64,000 bases of DNA from Anaerolineae bacterium (GCA_015490995.1 WFWT01000007.1:13671-77670); one strand, 5' to 3'; counted from the stretch's first letter, positions 50,820 through 61,617 are shown. Notes: generated from the letters alone by a model not told the origin. Translations and numbers: made by a program.

Positions 50820-50957
50820 TCACACCGTCAACCGCTTGCGACCCTTCAACCGCCGGCGCTTCAGCACACGACGCCCACCCGGCGTGCGCATCCGCGCCCG
50901 AAATCCATGGGTCTTCGCCCGCTTGCGCTTCTTCGGCTGGTATGTTCGCTTCGGCAT
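50820..50957 (-). CDS. rpmH: 50S ribosomal protein L34
   Basis: MPKRTYQPK...HGFRARM...KGRKRL; AAGGAG RBS. Confidence 0.97.
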   Translation of the reverse strand: MPKRTYQPKKRKRAKTHGFRARMRTPGGRRVLKRRRLKGRKRLTV

Positions 50958-51153
50958 AGGCTCACTCCTTGCCCTTTCTGCTCCGCGATGTACGTTTAGA
51001 CGTCTGCTTCTGGCCCTCTCCGGCGCTACGCATTCCCATCGCTCCACGCCCTGGGGCCATGCCCCTCATCACCCGGGGCCCAAGCCCCCACGGCGAACAG
51101 GACCACGACATAAAAGGTGGGGGACGTGGACGTCCCCCACCCGACACTGTGCG

Positions 51154-51183
51154 ATTATACGCGGTAATCCCTGCCACTGTCAA
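51154..51183 (-). promoter_or_regulatory. Promoter for the rpmH operon
   Basis: TTGACA-N18-TATAAT on the minus strand. Confidence 0.65.
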
Positions 51184-51214
51184 AAAGCCATGGCATCACC
51201 GCGTGCACAATCCT

Positions 51215-51922
51215 TCAGGCGGGGGCGACCTCCTCCAGGGTGGATCCTGCCCGGGTCAGCCGGCCCAACTGCCCTACCAGATGCCCCTCCACCCACAGGT
51301 ACCACACCGACGTGACCAAGAAACCGACACCACACAGGAGCAAGCCCACCAGTGAAGCCACAACGTTGGTAATCCACAACACCACTGCAATCAGCACCAC
51401 CGTGCCCAGATGTGCCTTGAAGATCCGCAAGACCTGGCCCACGTTCAAAGCAGCGGCCACCCGTCGCTCCGCCGCGATCTGCCACATCAGAACCGGCGTG
51501 AGCAAAGCGACAAACAGGCTGTACAACAGCGCGGGCAACCCCAAACACACCATGGCAATCGCCAGCACCACGGCCAACGCACCCTCATCACCGGACACCA
51601 GCAAGGACAACACCAACACCGGCAGCAGCAGGAACAGCGCGGGCAGGCTCCAGACAAACACCGCCAGCGCGAAACGTACCCCGTCCACCAGCATCGCGCC
51701 CATCTGCTCCCACCGAGGCAACGGTACATCCCGTCCCTCCGCCACGTTGCGAGCCACCGCGATGCTGTATCCGGTCAAAATGAAAAACGCCACCACCCCC
51801 ACCAACACAATGCTGAAGACAAAACCGAACAGGAGTATCAACACCCCCAACAACAGCTTAACAATCCACTCCCCGTCCTCAAAGCCAAAGGTGTACGCAC
51901 GACCGATGTCCAAGCCTGCCAT
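51215..51922 (-). CDS. DUF4013 membrane protein
   Basis: DIGRAYTF, W..KLL.G, GY and LPRW...DG; GGAGG RBS. Confidence 0.85.
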   Translation of the reverse strand: MAGLDIGRAYTFGFEDGEWIVKLLLGVLILLFGFVFSIVLVGVVAFFILTGYSIAVARNVAEGRDVPLPRWEQMGAMLVDGVRFALAVFVWSLPALFLLLPVLVLSLLVSGDEGALAVVLAIAMVCLGLPALLYSLFVALLTPVLMWQIAAERRVAAALNVGQVLRIFKAHLGTVVLIAVVLWITNVVASLVGLLLCGVGFLVTSVWYLWVEGHLVGQLGRLTRAGSTLEEVAPA

Positions 51923-52247
51923 GGCACTCCCTCCTCCACAACCCAGGATCGACAATCCTCCCGCCCGGCATGAGGCCCCAATGCCGCTCCCGGTCCTATG
52001 CCGTGGGAACGCCCGCGCGAGGAAGGTGTTGTCGTCCGGCAACCCCGTCCGATAGTATACCACACGCGGCCTTTTCCCCCAAGCCGTTGTTAAACCTAGC
52101 CTGACGGTTTCACAACGCAAACCAAACACTTTTCTTGAAACAGATGCACACATCGGCCCAAACGTCCCCACGGTTTGTCCTCCCGCGCGCTGGGGATGGT
52201 ATACTCTTGCGACACATGCCCACCTCAGGGCGAAAGGGAGGACCGCT

Positions 52248-52700
52248 ATGGAACGCACGTTTGTCATGATCAAGCCGGATGGCGTACAGCGAGGTCTGGT
52301 CGGCGAAATCATCGCGCGCTTTGAACGTCGCGGGCTCAAACTCGTGGCCCTGCGCATGCAACAGGTGAGTCCATCCCTGGCCGAACAACACTACGCCGTG
52401 CACAAAGGAAAACCCTTTTATGAGAAGCTCATCCGGTACATCACCTCCGGTCCTGTGGTCGCCATGGTGCTGGAAGGCCCCAATGCCATCCAGGTGGTAC
52501 GCAACATGGTAGGTGCCACGGACCCTCAAAACGCCGGCCCGGGCACGATTCGCGGGGACTTCGCAATAGAAATCGGTCGCAACCTGATCCATGCCTCTGA
52601 CGGTCCGGAAACCGCTACCTTTGAAATCGCGCTCTGGTTCGGTGAAGACGCCTTGGTGGAATGGGATTGGGGGCTCAACGCGTGGATTCTGGAAAGGTAA
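52248..52700 (+). CDS. ndk: Nucleoside diphosphate kinase
   Basis: [15 protein letters not shown] and NLIHASD. Confidence 0.97.
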   Translation: MERTFVMIKPDGVQRGLVGEIIARFERRGLKLVALRMQQVSPSLAEQHYAVHKGKPFYEKLIRYITSGPVVAMVLEGPNAIQVVRNMVGATDPQNAGPGTIRGDFAIEIGRNLIHASDGPETATFEIALWFGEDALVEWDWGLNAWILER

Positions 52701-53458
52701 AGGGAAGCGGAGCCTCTCCAACGCACCAAAGGGATCGCCTGCCCCGGGTTGTTGCCCTGACCGGGGCAGGTATTTCCGCGCCTTCAGGGGTGCCCACATT
52801 CCGGGGAGACGAAGGCCTCTGGCGCCGGCACGACCCCCGGCAACTGGCCACACCGGAGGCCTTCGCCCGGGACCCCCGCCTGGTCTGGGAATGGTACGAC
52901 TGGCGCCGCCAGCGCATTGTCACGTGTGAACCCAACGCTGCCCACTACACCCTGGTGGAGATGGAACGCGCGCTCCCCCCTGGACACATGGCCGTCATCA
53001 CCCAAAACGTGGATGGGCTTCACCAGAAAGCGGGGTCCCGCAACCTGCTGCCACTGCACGGCGATATCTGGACTGTCCGCTGCGTGCAGTGCGGTTACCG
53101 TGCGGAGGACCGCCGCGTACCTTTGCCGGAGCTTCCCCCCCGTTGTCCACGCTGCAACGGCCTGTTACGGCCGGATGTCGTCTGGTTCGGCGAAGCATTG
53201 CCCTACACGGTGCTCAACCAGGCGTTTGCGGTCGTCCAGGCCGCGGATTACATGCTGGTCATCGGCACATCTGCCGTCGTCCAACCCGCCGCCAGCCTGG
53301 CCGTGGTGGCCCAACGCCACGGCGCCCAGCTCGTGGAGTTCAACATCGAACCCACCCCCCTCTCCGAGATCGCGGATGAGGTTGTTCTGGGCTCGGTGGA
53401 CGAGACCCTCCCCATCTGGTGGGCCGAGATGGCCCAACGGTGGGGCATCAAGCGGTGA
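52661..53458 (+). CDS. cobB: NAD-dependent protein deacylase (class III sirtuin)
   Basis: [20 protein letters not shown], two CxxC and RPDVVWFGE; start uncertain (52661, 52682 or 52739). Confidence 0.92.
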   Translation: MGLGAQRVDSGKVKGSGASPTHQRDRLPRVVALTGAGISAPSGVPTFRGDEGLWRRHDPRQLATPEAFARDPRLVWEWYDWRRQRIVTCEPNAAHYTLVEMERALPPGHMAVITQNVDGLHQKAGSRNLLPLHGDIWTVRCVQCGYRAEDRRVPLPELPPRCPRCNGLLRPDVVWFGEALPYTVLNQAFAVVQAADYMLVIGTSAVVQPAASLAVVAQRHGAQLVEFNIEPTPLSEIADEVVLGSVDETLPIWWAEMAQRWGIKR

Positions 53459-53479
53459 GGGGATAGCTCGACCCGGCGT

Positions 53480-53875
53480 TCAGGGCACTTTGACGACTAC
53501 CGGCGCATCGGCCCACAGCCCTTCTAAGTCGTAATACGCCCGCTTCTCCGGCGCGAACACGTGCACCACCACATCCCCATAGTCCATGATAATCCACCCC
53601 CCCTCAGGTACGCCCTGCACGCTAAGGGGAAGCACACCCATCTCCGCTTTCACGCGCGCCACAATCTCGTCCACCACCGCGCGAGACTGACGTTCAGAGG
53701 TGGTTGTCCCAATGAGGAAGTAATCCGTAACAATAGTGACGGGGCGCATATCAAGGAGGACAATATCCTGGGCCTGCTTTTCCTCGAAGATTTCGAGGAT
53801 GCGGTGGGCCAAAGCCAAGGCGTCATGCACTGCCACCGATATGGCTTGCTCTGTCGTTTGCATACCAGGCTTCAT
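53480..53875 (-). CDS. rsfS: Ribosome silencing factor RsfS
   Basis: EKQAQDI, WIIMDYGDVVVHVF and YYDLEGLW. Confidence 0.93.
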   Translation of the reverse strand: MKPGMQTTEQAISVAVHDALALAHRILEIFEEKQAQDIVLLDMRPVTIVTDYFLIGTTTSERQSRAVVDEIVARVKAEMGVLPLSVQGVPEGGWIIMDYGDVVVHVFAPEKRAYYDLEGLWADAPVVVKVP

Positions 53876-53993
53876 TCCCTCCTTTCGTGAATGAACCGGT
53901 GCCTCCACACGATGAAAATACCCCTTCTATTTTATCCTAGAGCCCCTTTGGGAGCAACTCGTCCCCTCTGGGCCCTAACCTGGTCCACCACGG

Positions 53994-54836
53994 TCATGAC
54001 AACACGTCGATCGCGGCGCGACGTACCAGCACACCGGCCATGGCCTGACGGTAGGCAGCACTCGCCCGCCAGTTGTCGGGCACGGCCACGCTTGCCCGCA
54101 CTCGAGCTTCTACCTGGTCCCAATCCTCTCGCGCCTCCAGGAGAGCTTCTACATCCGGCAAGCGCTGGGGCAGCATGTCCGTCCCGCCCACTGCTACCCG
54201 CACGAGCTGACCCGCTGGCCCTTCACCGGCGGCTACCACCGCGCAGAGCAACGCCATATCCCTCGGGGTGCGCCCCACTCGGTGTAAACTGGCCCGCCAA
54301 GTTTGGGTGAACTCGGGCACGTGCACTGCCGCAATGAGGCACTTTTCCTCCTGGGGAGTACGCCGTGCCCACTCGGTGAGCAACACCTCACGAGGGCGGT
54401 CCCGGTCGGCCGGGGTGTAATACACCACCCGAGCCTCGAGGGCAGCCAACACCGCTCCCAACTCGTTGCTGCGCGTCAGGTCAGCCAGAATCCCCCCCAC
54501 CGTGATCTGGTGCCGCTGTACCTGAGGCGCTATCCCGTGGGCAGCCGAGGCCAACACTCCACCCGCCCACGAACGCAACACGGCTGCTGTGACCAGATCC
54601 TCCAACGGGGTGACGGCACCGATGCGCAGGGCCCCGTCTGCCACCTGGACGTAACGCCACCCCATCTCGGAGAGGTCTATGAGCACCTCTGCACCCGCGA
54701 CCTTATCGGCCAACAACGACATTCCCCCGGCCAGCGGGAGGACCTGTACATCCCCGCGCGCGAGATGGGCCAACGCTTCGGCCACAGTACGGGGGTGCAC
54801 CACGGTGCGCACATCCAACGGGTTCACCAGAGTCAT
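53994..54836 (-). CDS. FAD-binding subunit of the molybdenum hydroxylase family (CoxM/XdhB-like)
   Basis: LAGGMSL, RIGA, TVGG and ASAAYR; AGGAGGT RBS. Confidence 0.85.
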   Translation of the reverse strand: MTLVNPLDVRTVVHPRTVAEALAHLARGDVQVLPLAGGMSLLADKVAGAEVLIDLSEMGWRYVQVADGALRIGAVTPLEDLVTAAVLRSWAGGVLASAAHGIAPQVQRHQITVGGILADLTRSNELGAVLAALEARVVYYTPADRDRPREVLLTEWARRTPQEEKCLIAAVHVPEFTQTWRASLHRVGRTPRDMALLCAVVAAGEGPAGQLVRVAVGGTDMLPQRLPDVEALLEAREDWDQVEARVRASVAVPDNWRASAAYRQAMAGVLVRRAAIDVLS

Positions 54837-55301
54837 AGAGAGCTCACCTCCTGCCGTACCGTTTTCGTTGATCTTTCACCGGGTTGACCGACCCGTCCCC
54901 ATCCGTTCACAGGCCGGTTGGGAACGGCGAAAAGAAGGGAAGCTTTTCTGGGTGCTGGGCTTCGTCCGGCGCCCAGAAAAAACCTTCCTCCTATGGTTAC
55001 CTCCCCAGGGCAACGTCTTGTCGGTCAACCAGGGCCTTTCACTATAACCGGTTTTTGCGCCTCAGGCCAATTTCCCGCGTTCCCGCTCACGGACCGAAGG
55101 ACCACCGGGACCATGGACCAACGCGTCCGGCTACCACCACCTGGCTAAAGCTGTTTCCGCTGCCCTTAACACGCCCACGCTGTACCGCCACCGCACGGCC
55201 CCACGGCCACGACAACGCCTTAGAGGGTCTGTACAATCGGACGACCCAGACCTCAAGTGTGATCCAGCCTGCTGCGCGGCTCTATACCATAGTGCCCAAA
55301 C

Positions 55302-55329
55302 TTGACACACGTGGTATCCACGATATAAT
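55302..55329 (+). promoter_or_regulatory. Promoter for the LacI-family gene
   Basis: TTGACA-N16-TATAAT. Confidence 0.7.
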
Positions 55330-55342
55330 AAGAGTCACCTGA

Positions 55343-55358
55343 ATCGAACCGTTTCGAT
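55343..55358. promoter_or_regulatory. LacI-type operator 1
   Basis: ATCGAACCGTTTCGAT near-palindrome with central CG, just downstream of the promoter. Confidence 0.7.
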
Positions 55359-55398
55359 AACGGTTATCCCCCCTATTCGCCAGGAGGCTATAGCGCAT

Positions 55399-56430
55399 AT
55401 GGCTGTCACTATCCGTGATGTTGCCCGGAGGGCAGGTGTGTCCGTTTCCACGGCATCGGCAGCGCTCAACAACAAGCCCTTCGTCAGCCCTCAAACACGT
55501 GCCCGGGTCCTACAGGCGGCTCTGGAGCTGAACTACCACGTCAACCGGATGGCCCGCAATCTGGCTATGGGCCGCACATTCCAGATCGGCCTGCTTATCC
55601 CTGCCTTGCTGGAACACACCTTTTCGGCCAGCCACTTCTTCAACCAGCTGATGCGGGGCATCTACGGGGCCTGTCGCCCGGAGGATTACTCCCTGGTCCT
55701 CTTTGCGGTCGAGAACGAAGACGATTTAACGCGCCAGATGACGCATTGGGCACACGGCCGTTCTGTGGACGGGTTTATCATCACCCACCCCACCTGGGAA
55801 ATGCCCTACAGGGAGGTGCTGGAGCAAAGCGGACTACCCTACGTTGTCATTGGGCGACCGCCCGACAAGGACGCGTCCCGGGTGCTCTTTGTGGACAACG
55901 ACAACGTACAGGTCGCCTACGATGCCACAGCTTATCTGCTGGCCAGGGGGCACCGTCGCATCCTTTTCGTCAACGGGCCCTCGCGGTACACGTATGCCCA
56001 CGACCGCAACGAAGGGTACCGTCGCGCGCTGCACACATACGGTGTGCCGGTGGATGAACGTCTCCTGGTGGAGGCGGAGTTGACCTTCGTTGATGGTTAC
56101 CGGGTAGTGGACGCGTTGTGTGGCCAGGTGACGTTTAGCGCCGTGGTGGTGCTAAACCCCATGCAGGCGCTGGGAGTGATGCACGCTCTGGCCAAGCATG
56201 GGTGCAGGGTGCCCGAGGATGTGGCTGCCATCACCACCGATTGCGAGATGGCCAAGTACATGCACCCCCCTCTCACGGCGGTAGACATTCAGCCGTACCA
56301 GCTAGGATACCACGCTGCTACCATTTTGTTGCAGCTCCTGGCGGGTGAACCCACCGCACCCCGCATCATCCCCCATGCCCTCGTGGAGCGCGCGTCCACC
56401 CGCCGCATGGTGGCACAGGCACACCGTTAA
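55399..56430 (+). CDS. LacI-family transcriptional regulator
   Basis: TIRDVARRAGVSVSTAS HTH and sugar-binding domain. Confidence 0.95.
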   Translation: MAVTIRDVARRAGVSVSTASAALNNKPFVSPQTRARVLQAALELNYHVNRMARNLAMGRTFQIGLLIPALLEHTFSASHFFNQLMRGIYGACRPEDYSLVLFAVENEDDLTRQMTHWAHGRSVDGFIITHPTWEMPYREVLEQSGLPYVVIGRPPDKDASRVLFVDNDNVQVAYDATAYLLARGHRRILFVNGPSRYTYAHDRNEGYRRALHTYGVPVDERLLVEAELTFVDGYRVVDALCGQVTFSAVVVLNPMQALGVMHALAKHGCRVPEDVAAITTDCEMAKYMHPPLTAVDIQPYQLGYHAATILLQLLAGEPTAPRIIPHALVERASTRRMVAQAHR

Positions 56431-56455
56431 CCTCGCCGCTTCCGGCGAGGTTAAC
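56426..56455 (+). terminator. 13-bp hairpin at the end of the LacI gene
   Basis: GTTAACCTCGCCG-CTTC-CGGCGAGGTTAAC; no U tract. Confidence 0.5.
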
Positions 56456-56538
56456 CCAACAGGGAAGGGCACCATGAGCCCTCCCCCAACAGAAAGGAGG
56501 TGAGAGTACACGGCGGAGTTTTAATTTTTCGCCCACTA

Positions 56539-56552
56539 TCGAACCGGTTCGA
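56539..56552. promoter_or_regulatory. LacI-type operator 2
   Basis: Perfect palindrome TCGAACCGGTTCGA, matching operator 1. Confidence 0.75.
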
Positions 56553-56612
56553 AGTTGTTTTACGTTCATCCCCCGGCGGTGACGGTGCATCTTGCAAAAG
56601 GAGGAGGACGCG

Positions 56613-58523
56613 ATGCGCGGAATGTGGCCTTTGCGGTGGTCGCGGTACTACGCCTTGGTGGCAGTACTGGTGGTCATGGTAATGGTGTTGGCAGCGTGCC
56701 CTGCGGGACAAACCCCGGCACCGGCAGAGAAACCCGCACAACCGGAGCAGCCCACACAGGCCGTAGAGAAACCACCGACACCCACCCCGAAACCTGAAAA
56801 GGAGGAAGCGCCCACCCCCGCCGCGGCAGAGGAGAAGGATTACATCAACGCGCCGCGCGAGCGCACGCTGATCTTCGACATCGACGGCGGCCGCGTCGCA
56901 GACCCAACCAACTGGAACCCCTTCACACCAGGCCGACGCATGGACCAAGGATACCATCAGGCCGTCCTGGAACCCCTCTTTATCCTGAACTACCAGACCG
57001 GTGAGTTCATCCCCTGGTTAGGCGAAAGCTTTGAACCCAACGACGCGCAGGACGTTTGGACGCTGAAACTGCGCAAGGGTGTGTACTGGTCTGACGGGGA
57101 GCCCTTCAACGCGGATGATGTGGTGTTCACCATTACCATGCTGAAGGAAAACGCGCCGGAACTGGAAGGCTCCGCGGCTATGGACCAGTGGGTCGACCGG
57201 GTAGAGAAGGTGGACGATTACACCGTGCGCTTCTACCTGACCAAGCCCAACCCTCGCTTCCAGCTGGATTACTTCTCGGTCAAGATCTGGGGCGGCATCA
57301 ACATTGTCCCCGAGCACATTTGGCGGGATAAAGATCCCCTGACCTTCAAATTCTACGATCCTGAGAAGGGTTGGCCGGTGGGGACCGGGCCCTACAAGCT
57401 AGTGAGCGCCAGCCCCACGGAGTTCATCTACGTGCGCGACGACAACTGGTGGGGGGCGAAAACCGGCTTCAAGCCCCTGCCCGCACCGGAAAAGCTCATC
57501 TGGACCTGGGCCGGACCGGAAGAGAACCGGGCCGCGCTGATGGCCGAGGGACAACTGGACAGCCTGATGGACATCACCCTGGGAGCCCTCCTCGCCTTGA
57601 AGCAGCGCAACCCCAACGTTATCACCTGGTTTGAAGACCTACCCTACGCTTGGGTACCCGACCCATGCTCCCGCACCTTCGAGGTGAACAACGCCATTGA
57701 ACCGTGGAATGACCCCGAAATGCGCTGGGCCCTCAACTACGCCATCAACCGCGATCAAATTGTCCAGATCGCTTATGAAGGCACTACCCTCAAGTCCCGC
57801 CACTTCTTCCCGGCATATCCTCCCCTCGAAAAACTGGTCGACAAAGCCATCGAGGCCGGCGCTTGGAACCTTGACCAGCTTTGGGAGTATAATCCCGATA
57901 AGGCGAAACAGATCATTGAATCCAAGGGGTACACACTCAACAGCCGCGGGTATTACGAGAAGGACGGCAAGGAGCTGACCCTGGAGATCACCACCCACGA
58001 GGCCTTCATCGAGAAACAGCGCATCGCCCAGGTGATCGTGGAGCAGCTCCAGGCCATCGGGATCAACGCCACCCACCGCAACGAGGCTGGCGGTACCTGG
58101 AATGAAAACTTCGCCTTCGGCCGCTTCGAGGCCCGGGTGGGATGGCAGACCTGCGGTTCGGTGAACGAGCCGTGGGCCTCTCTGGACCGCTTCAACGTAC
58201 GGTGGCTGGTGCCTATCGGCGAACGGGCCACCGGCAACCAGTGGCGCTGGAGCGGCCCTGGGGCCGAGGAGTACAGCAAGCTGGTTGACGAAATGGGGAG
58301 CCTGCCCCTGGGTGACCCGCGGGTGGAAGAGCTCTTCATCGAGGCCATGAAGATCTGGTTCAAGGAGCTCCCGGTCATCCCCGTCACCCAGGCCAAGAAG
58401 ATCATCCCCTTCGACACTACCTACTGGACGGGGTGGCCTACCGCGGAGAACGATTACATCCACCCACCCACCTGGTGGCAGAGCACCCACGTGATCATTC
58501 ACAACCTGAAGCCGACGAAGTGA
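56613..58523 (+). CDS. Family 5 (Opp/Dpp-type) ABC substrate-binding lipoprotein, probably for oligosaccharides
   Basis: VLAAC lipobox, P/E linker, [12 protein letters not shown] and PVGTGPY. Confidence 0.9.
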   Translation: MRGMWPLRWSRYYALVAVLVVMVMVLAACPAGQTPAPAEKPAQPEQPTQAVEKPPTPTPKPEKEEAPTPAAAEEKDYINAPRERTLIFDIDGGRVADPTNWNPFTPGRRMDQGYHQAVLEPLFILNYQTGEFIPWLGESFEPNDAQDVWTLKLRKGVYWSDGEPFNADDVVFTITMLKENAPELEGSAAMDQWVDRVEKVDDYTVRFYLTKPNPRFQLDYFSVKIWGGINIVPEHIWRDKDPLTFKFYDPEKGWPVGTGPYKLVSASPTEFIYVRDDNWWGAKTGFKPLPAPEKLIWTWAGPEENRAALMAEGQLDSLMDITLGALLALKQRNPNVITWFEDLPYAWVPDPCSRTFEVNNAIEPWNDPEMRWALNYAINRDQIVQIAYEGTTLKSRHFFPAYPPLEKLVDKAIEAGAWNLDQLWEYNPDKAKQIIESKGYTLNSRGYYEKDGKELTLEITTHEAFIEKQRIAQVIVEQLQAIGINATHRNEAGGTWNENFAFGRFEARVGWQTCGSVNEPWASLDRFNVRWLVPIGERATGNQWRWSGPGAEEYSKLVDEMGSLPLGDPRVEELFIEAMKIWFKELPVIPVTQAKKIIPFDTTYWTGWPTAENDYIHPPTWWQSTHVIIHNLKPTK

Positions 58524-58532
58524 GGCTTCCCC

Positions 58533-58564
58533 GGAGTGGCCCTCCTAAGCCGGAGGGCCACTCC
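58533..58564 (+). terminator. Intercistronic hairpin after the binding-protein gene
   Basis: GGAGTGGCCCTCC/GGAGGGCCACTCC stem followed by a pyrimidine run. Confidence 0.6.
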
Positions 58565-58626
58565 CCCTTCCCTTTTCGCCGGCTAACGGAACCGACTGGG
58601 CCAACAGGAAGGAGGCTGAAAACCCG

Positions 58627-59637
58627 ATGCGTGGCCTGACATGGGACTACCTTATCCGGCGGGTTGCGATGTTCTTTGTGACCATCTGGCTGGGAGCAAC
58701 GCTGATCTTCATCATCCCGCGGCTGGCTCCCGGCGACCCCGTCGCAGCCATGGTAAGCCGTCTCCAGGCCCAGGCGGGGTACATTGAGAACAGCGCGGAG
58801 ATGATCGAAGCATGGCGCCGTCGCTTTGGCCTGGACGGCCCTATCTGGCTCCAGTACCTGAAATACATGCGCAGCGTCCTCACCCTGGACCTAGGGTATT
58901 CCCTGGCGTACTTCCCCAGCCGGGTGGAGGAGATGATCGTGGACGCGTTGCCGTGGACCGTCGGCCTCCTAACGTTGGCCACTTTGATGTCCTTTGTGCT
59001 GGGCAACCTTATCGGCGCTCTCATGGCCTGGCGCCGCACACCGGGCTTGATCCGTAACCTCCTCCCTTTGACCTTGACCTTTACCTCCATCCCCTTTTTC
59101 ATGCTGGGCATTTTGCTGATTTACCTCTTCGCCTTTACCCTGGACTGGTTCCCTCCCTCCGGTGCCTATGCGCGAGGCGTGGAGATCGGCCTGAATTGGG
59201 AATTCATTAAATCGGTAATCCACCACGGCACCCTGCCGGCTCTATCCATCGTCCTGACCTCCATGGGCTTCTGGGCCCTGGGCATGCGGGGGATGATGAT
59301 CACCAACGAGGGAGAGGACTACATGATCCTGGCCGAAGCGAAGGGCCTGAATCCTTTCCGCGTCTTCTGGAAGTACGGCATCCGCACCGCAGTACTGCCT
59401 CAAGTGACGGCCCTCGCCCTCAGCCTGGGGAGTATCGCCGGAGGATCCACCCTGGTGGAGTACATCTTTGCCTACCCCGGCATGGGCTACCTGCTGTACC
59501 AGGGCATTGTCAACACCGATTACACCCTGATCCAGGGCATTGTGTTTATGTTAATCCTGGGGACGGCCACATCGGTGCTGATCTTGGACCTACTGCTGCC
59601 GTTGATCGATCCACGCATCACGTACGAGAGGGGATAA
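58627..59637 (+). CDS. ABC permease (OppB-like)
   Basis: PGDP, AEAKGL, FAYPGMG and IDPRI. Confidence 0.93.
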   Translation: MRGLTWDYLIRRVAMFFVTIWLGATLIFIIPRLAPGDPVAAMVSRLQAQAGYIENSAEMIEAWRRRFGLDGPIWLQYLKYMRSVLTLDLGYSLAYFPSRVEEMIVDALPWTVGLLTLATLMSFVLGNLIGALMAWRRTPGLIRNLLPLTLTFTSIPFFMLGILLIYLFAFTLDWFPPSGAYARGVEIGLNWEFIKSVIHHGTLPALSIVLTSMGFWALGMRGMMITNEGEDYMILAEAKGLNPFRVFWKYGIRTAVLPQVTALALSLGSIAGGSTLVEYIFAYPGMGYLLYQGIVNTDYTLIQGIVFMLILGTATSVLILDLLLPLIDPRITYERG

Positions 59638-59641
59638 AGCC

Positions 59642-60571
59642 ATGACAGCGGGTGCAGGAACGGTGAGGCCGCGGACGTGGCTGCGACTCAACCGGTGGGA
59701 TTCGCCGTGGCTTAACGCGAAGTTTCTCATTGGCCTGGCCATGGTGCTGGGGGTTGCCCTGATGGGTATCATCGGTCCCCTATTCTGGGATACCACACTG
59801 GCACGGGTGGGCTCGTCACCGCTCAACTTGCCTCCGGTATGGGTCAAGACGGATAACCCTGCCTTCGGCCAACCAACCTGGGCCCACCCCCTGGGCACTG
59901 AAAGCAACGGCCGGGATATGCTGGCGGTCCTCCTCGTGGGTGCGCCTCGCTCTCTGCGGATAGGGGTTATCGCGGCCGGGATTGGCATGCTGGTGGGCAT
60001 TATTCTGGGGTTCACGGCCGGTTTTCTCGGCGGGTGGATCGACAACGTTATCCGTACATTGGCCGACGCGATGATCACGATCCCGTCCCTGGCAGTGCTC
60101 ATTGTCATCTCCGCGTATGTGCGTCAGGTCAGCGTGGAGAACATGGCTTTGATCCTTGCCCTCTTTGCCTGGCCCGGACCGACCCGACTCATCCGTTCCC
60201 AGGTGCTCAGCATGCGGGAGCGCGGGTACGTGAAGATGGCCCGCTTATCGGGCGCGTCCACCCTGTCCATCATGTTCGGGGAGATAATGCCGAACCTGTT
60301 GCCCTACCTTGCCGCCAGTTTCACCGGCAACGTCTCCGCCGCCATTTTAGCGGCCACCGGCCTGGAAGCCCTGGGACTAGGACCCACCCGCATTCCCACC
60401 TTGGGCATGACCATTTTCTATGCCATGCGCGCCGCTGCCATCCTGCGAGGCATGTGGTGGTGGTGGGGCTTTCCCATCGCGATGCTGATCATCATTTTCA
60501 CCGGGCTGTTCTTGATGACCGTTGGTTTGGATGAAATTGCTAACCCACGATTGCGAGGAGCACAACGGTGA
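59642..60571 (+). CDS. ABC permease (OppC-like)
   Basis: HPLGT..GRD, ARLSGA and NPRLR. Confidence 0.93.
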   Translation: MTAGAGTVRPRTWLRLNRWDSPWLNAKFLIGLAMVLGVALMGIIGPLFWDTTLARVGSSPLNLPPVWVKTDNPAFGQPTWAHPLGTESNGRDMLAVLLVGAPRSLRIGVIAAGIGMLVGIILGFTAGFLGGWIDNVIRTLADAMITIPSLAVLIVISAYVRQVSVENMALILALFAWPGPTRLIRSQVLSMRERGYVKMARLSGASTLSIMFGEIMPNLLPYLAASFTGNVSAAILAATGLEALGLGPTRIPTLGMTIFYAMRAAAILRGMWWWWGFPIAMLIIIFTGLFLMTVGLDEIANPRLRGAQR

Positions 60572-61617
60572 ACGCTACACCGACCTTTCCGGCCAGCTCT
60601 CCGGCACCGCCCAACGGCCAGCGCGACGACGTGGTGCTACGGGTCGAACACCTGAAGGTGTACTACGCGACCCCCCAAGGGGACGTCCACGCGGTGGATG
60701 ACGTTTCCTTTGAAGTTTACCGCGGGGAAATTCTGGGCCTGGTGGGAGAATCCGGTTGCGGTAAGACCACCACGGCCATGGCCATCCTGCGCTTGGTCCA
60801 ACCCCCGGGCCGCATAGTGGGAGGGCACATCTGGCTGGACGGGATAGACCTGGTGCGCTTGTCGGAACGGGAACTCCGTCGCCTGCGGTGGGATAAAATC
60901 TCCCTTATCCCCCAGGGGGCCATGAACTCCCTGAACCCCGTCCTCCGGGTGGGAGAACAGATCCGGGATGTCATCGAGGACCACGAGGGACGCCAACCCC
61001 GCAAAGCGCTTAAAGAACGCATCCTGCACCTGTTACACCTGGTAGGTCTTCCCAGTCGGGTGTATAACCTGTATCCTCACGAACTGAGTGGAGGCATGAA
61101 GCAGCGCGTGTGCATCGCGATGGCCATCGCGCTTAACCCTATCCTCATTATCGCCGATGAGCCCACCAGCGCGCTGGACGTAGTGGTTCAGCGGGTCGTA
61201 GCTGAGACGTTGTTGCGGGTGAAAGAAGAGTTAGGCATCTCTATCATCCTCATCGGTCACGATATGGGGTTGATGGCCCAGCTCGCCGACCGGGTAGCCG
61301 TCATGTACGCGGGGCACTTAGTGGAAATTGCCCCTGTGCGACCGCTGTTCAAAACGCCTTTGCACCCGTACACCCAGCTCTTGATCGAATCCATCCCTTC
61401 CATCAAGGAGCGTAAGCCCCTGAAACTCACAGAAGGGCTTACCCATGACTTGCGAAACCCTCCTCCCGGGTGCATCTTCCAGTTCCGATGCCCCCACGTC
61501 ACGGAAGGTTGTCGCACCCGTCGCCCGATGCTCCAGGACGTTCACCCCGGGCACCGGGTAGCGTGTTTCCTGTACCATGAGGCGGTCGCCTCCGGGGGCA
61601 CATCGCCCCAACGATAA
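60568..61617 (+). CDS. ABC ATPase (OppD-like)
   Basis: GESGCGKT, LSGGMKQR, HPYT and GCIF..RC. Confidence 0.93.
   Translation: MNATPTFPASSPAPPNGQRDDVVLRVEHLKVYYATPQGDVHAVDDVSFEVYRGEILGLVGESGCGKTTTAMAILRLVQPPGRIVGGHIWLDGIDLVRLSERELRRLRWDKISLIPQGAMNSLNPVLRVGEQIRDVIEDHEGRQPRKALKERILHLLHLVGLPSRVYNLYPHELSGGMKQRVCIAMAIALNPILIIADEPTSALDVVVQRVVAETLLRVKEELGISIILIGHDMGLMAQLADRVAVMYAGHLVEIAPVRPLFKTPLHPYTQLLIESIPSIKERKPLKLTEGLTHDLRNPPPGCIFQFRCPHVTEGCRTRRPMLQDVHPGHRVACFLYHEAVASGGTSPQR

Noticed and set aside
52661..52750. ndk-cobB frameshift or fusion
   Set aside because: ndk is full length with a normal stop, and cobB has usable overlapping starts
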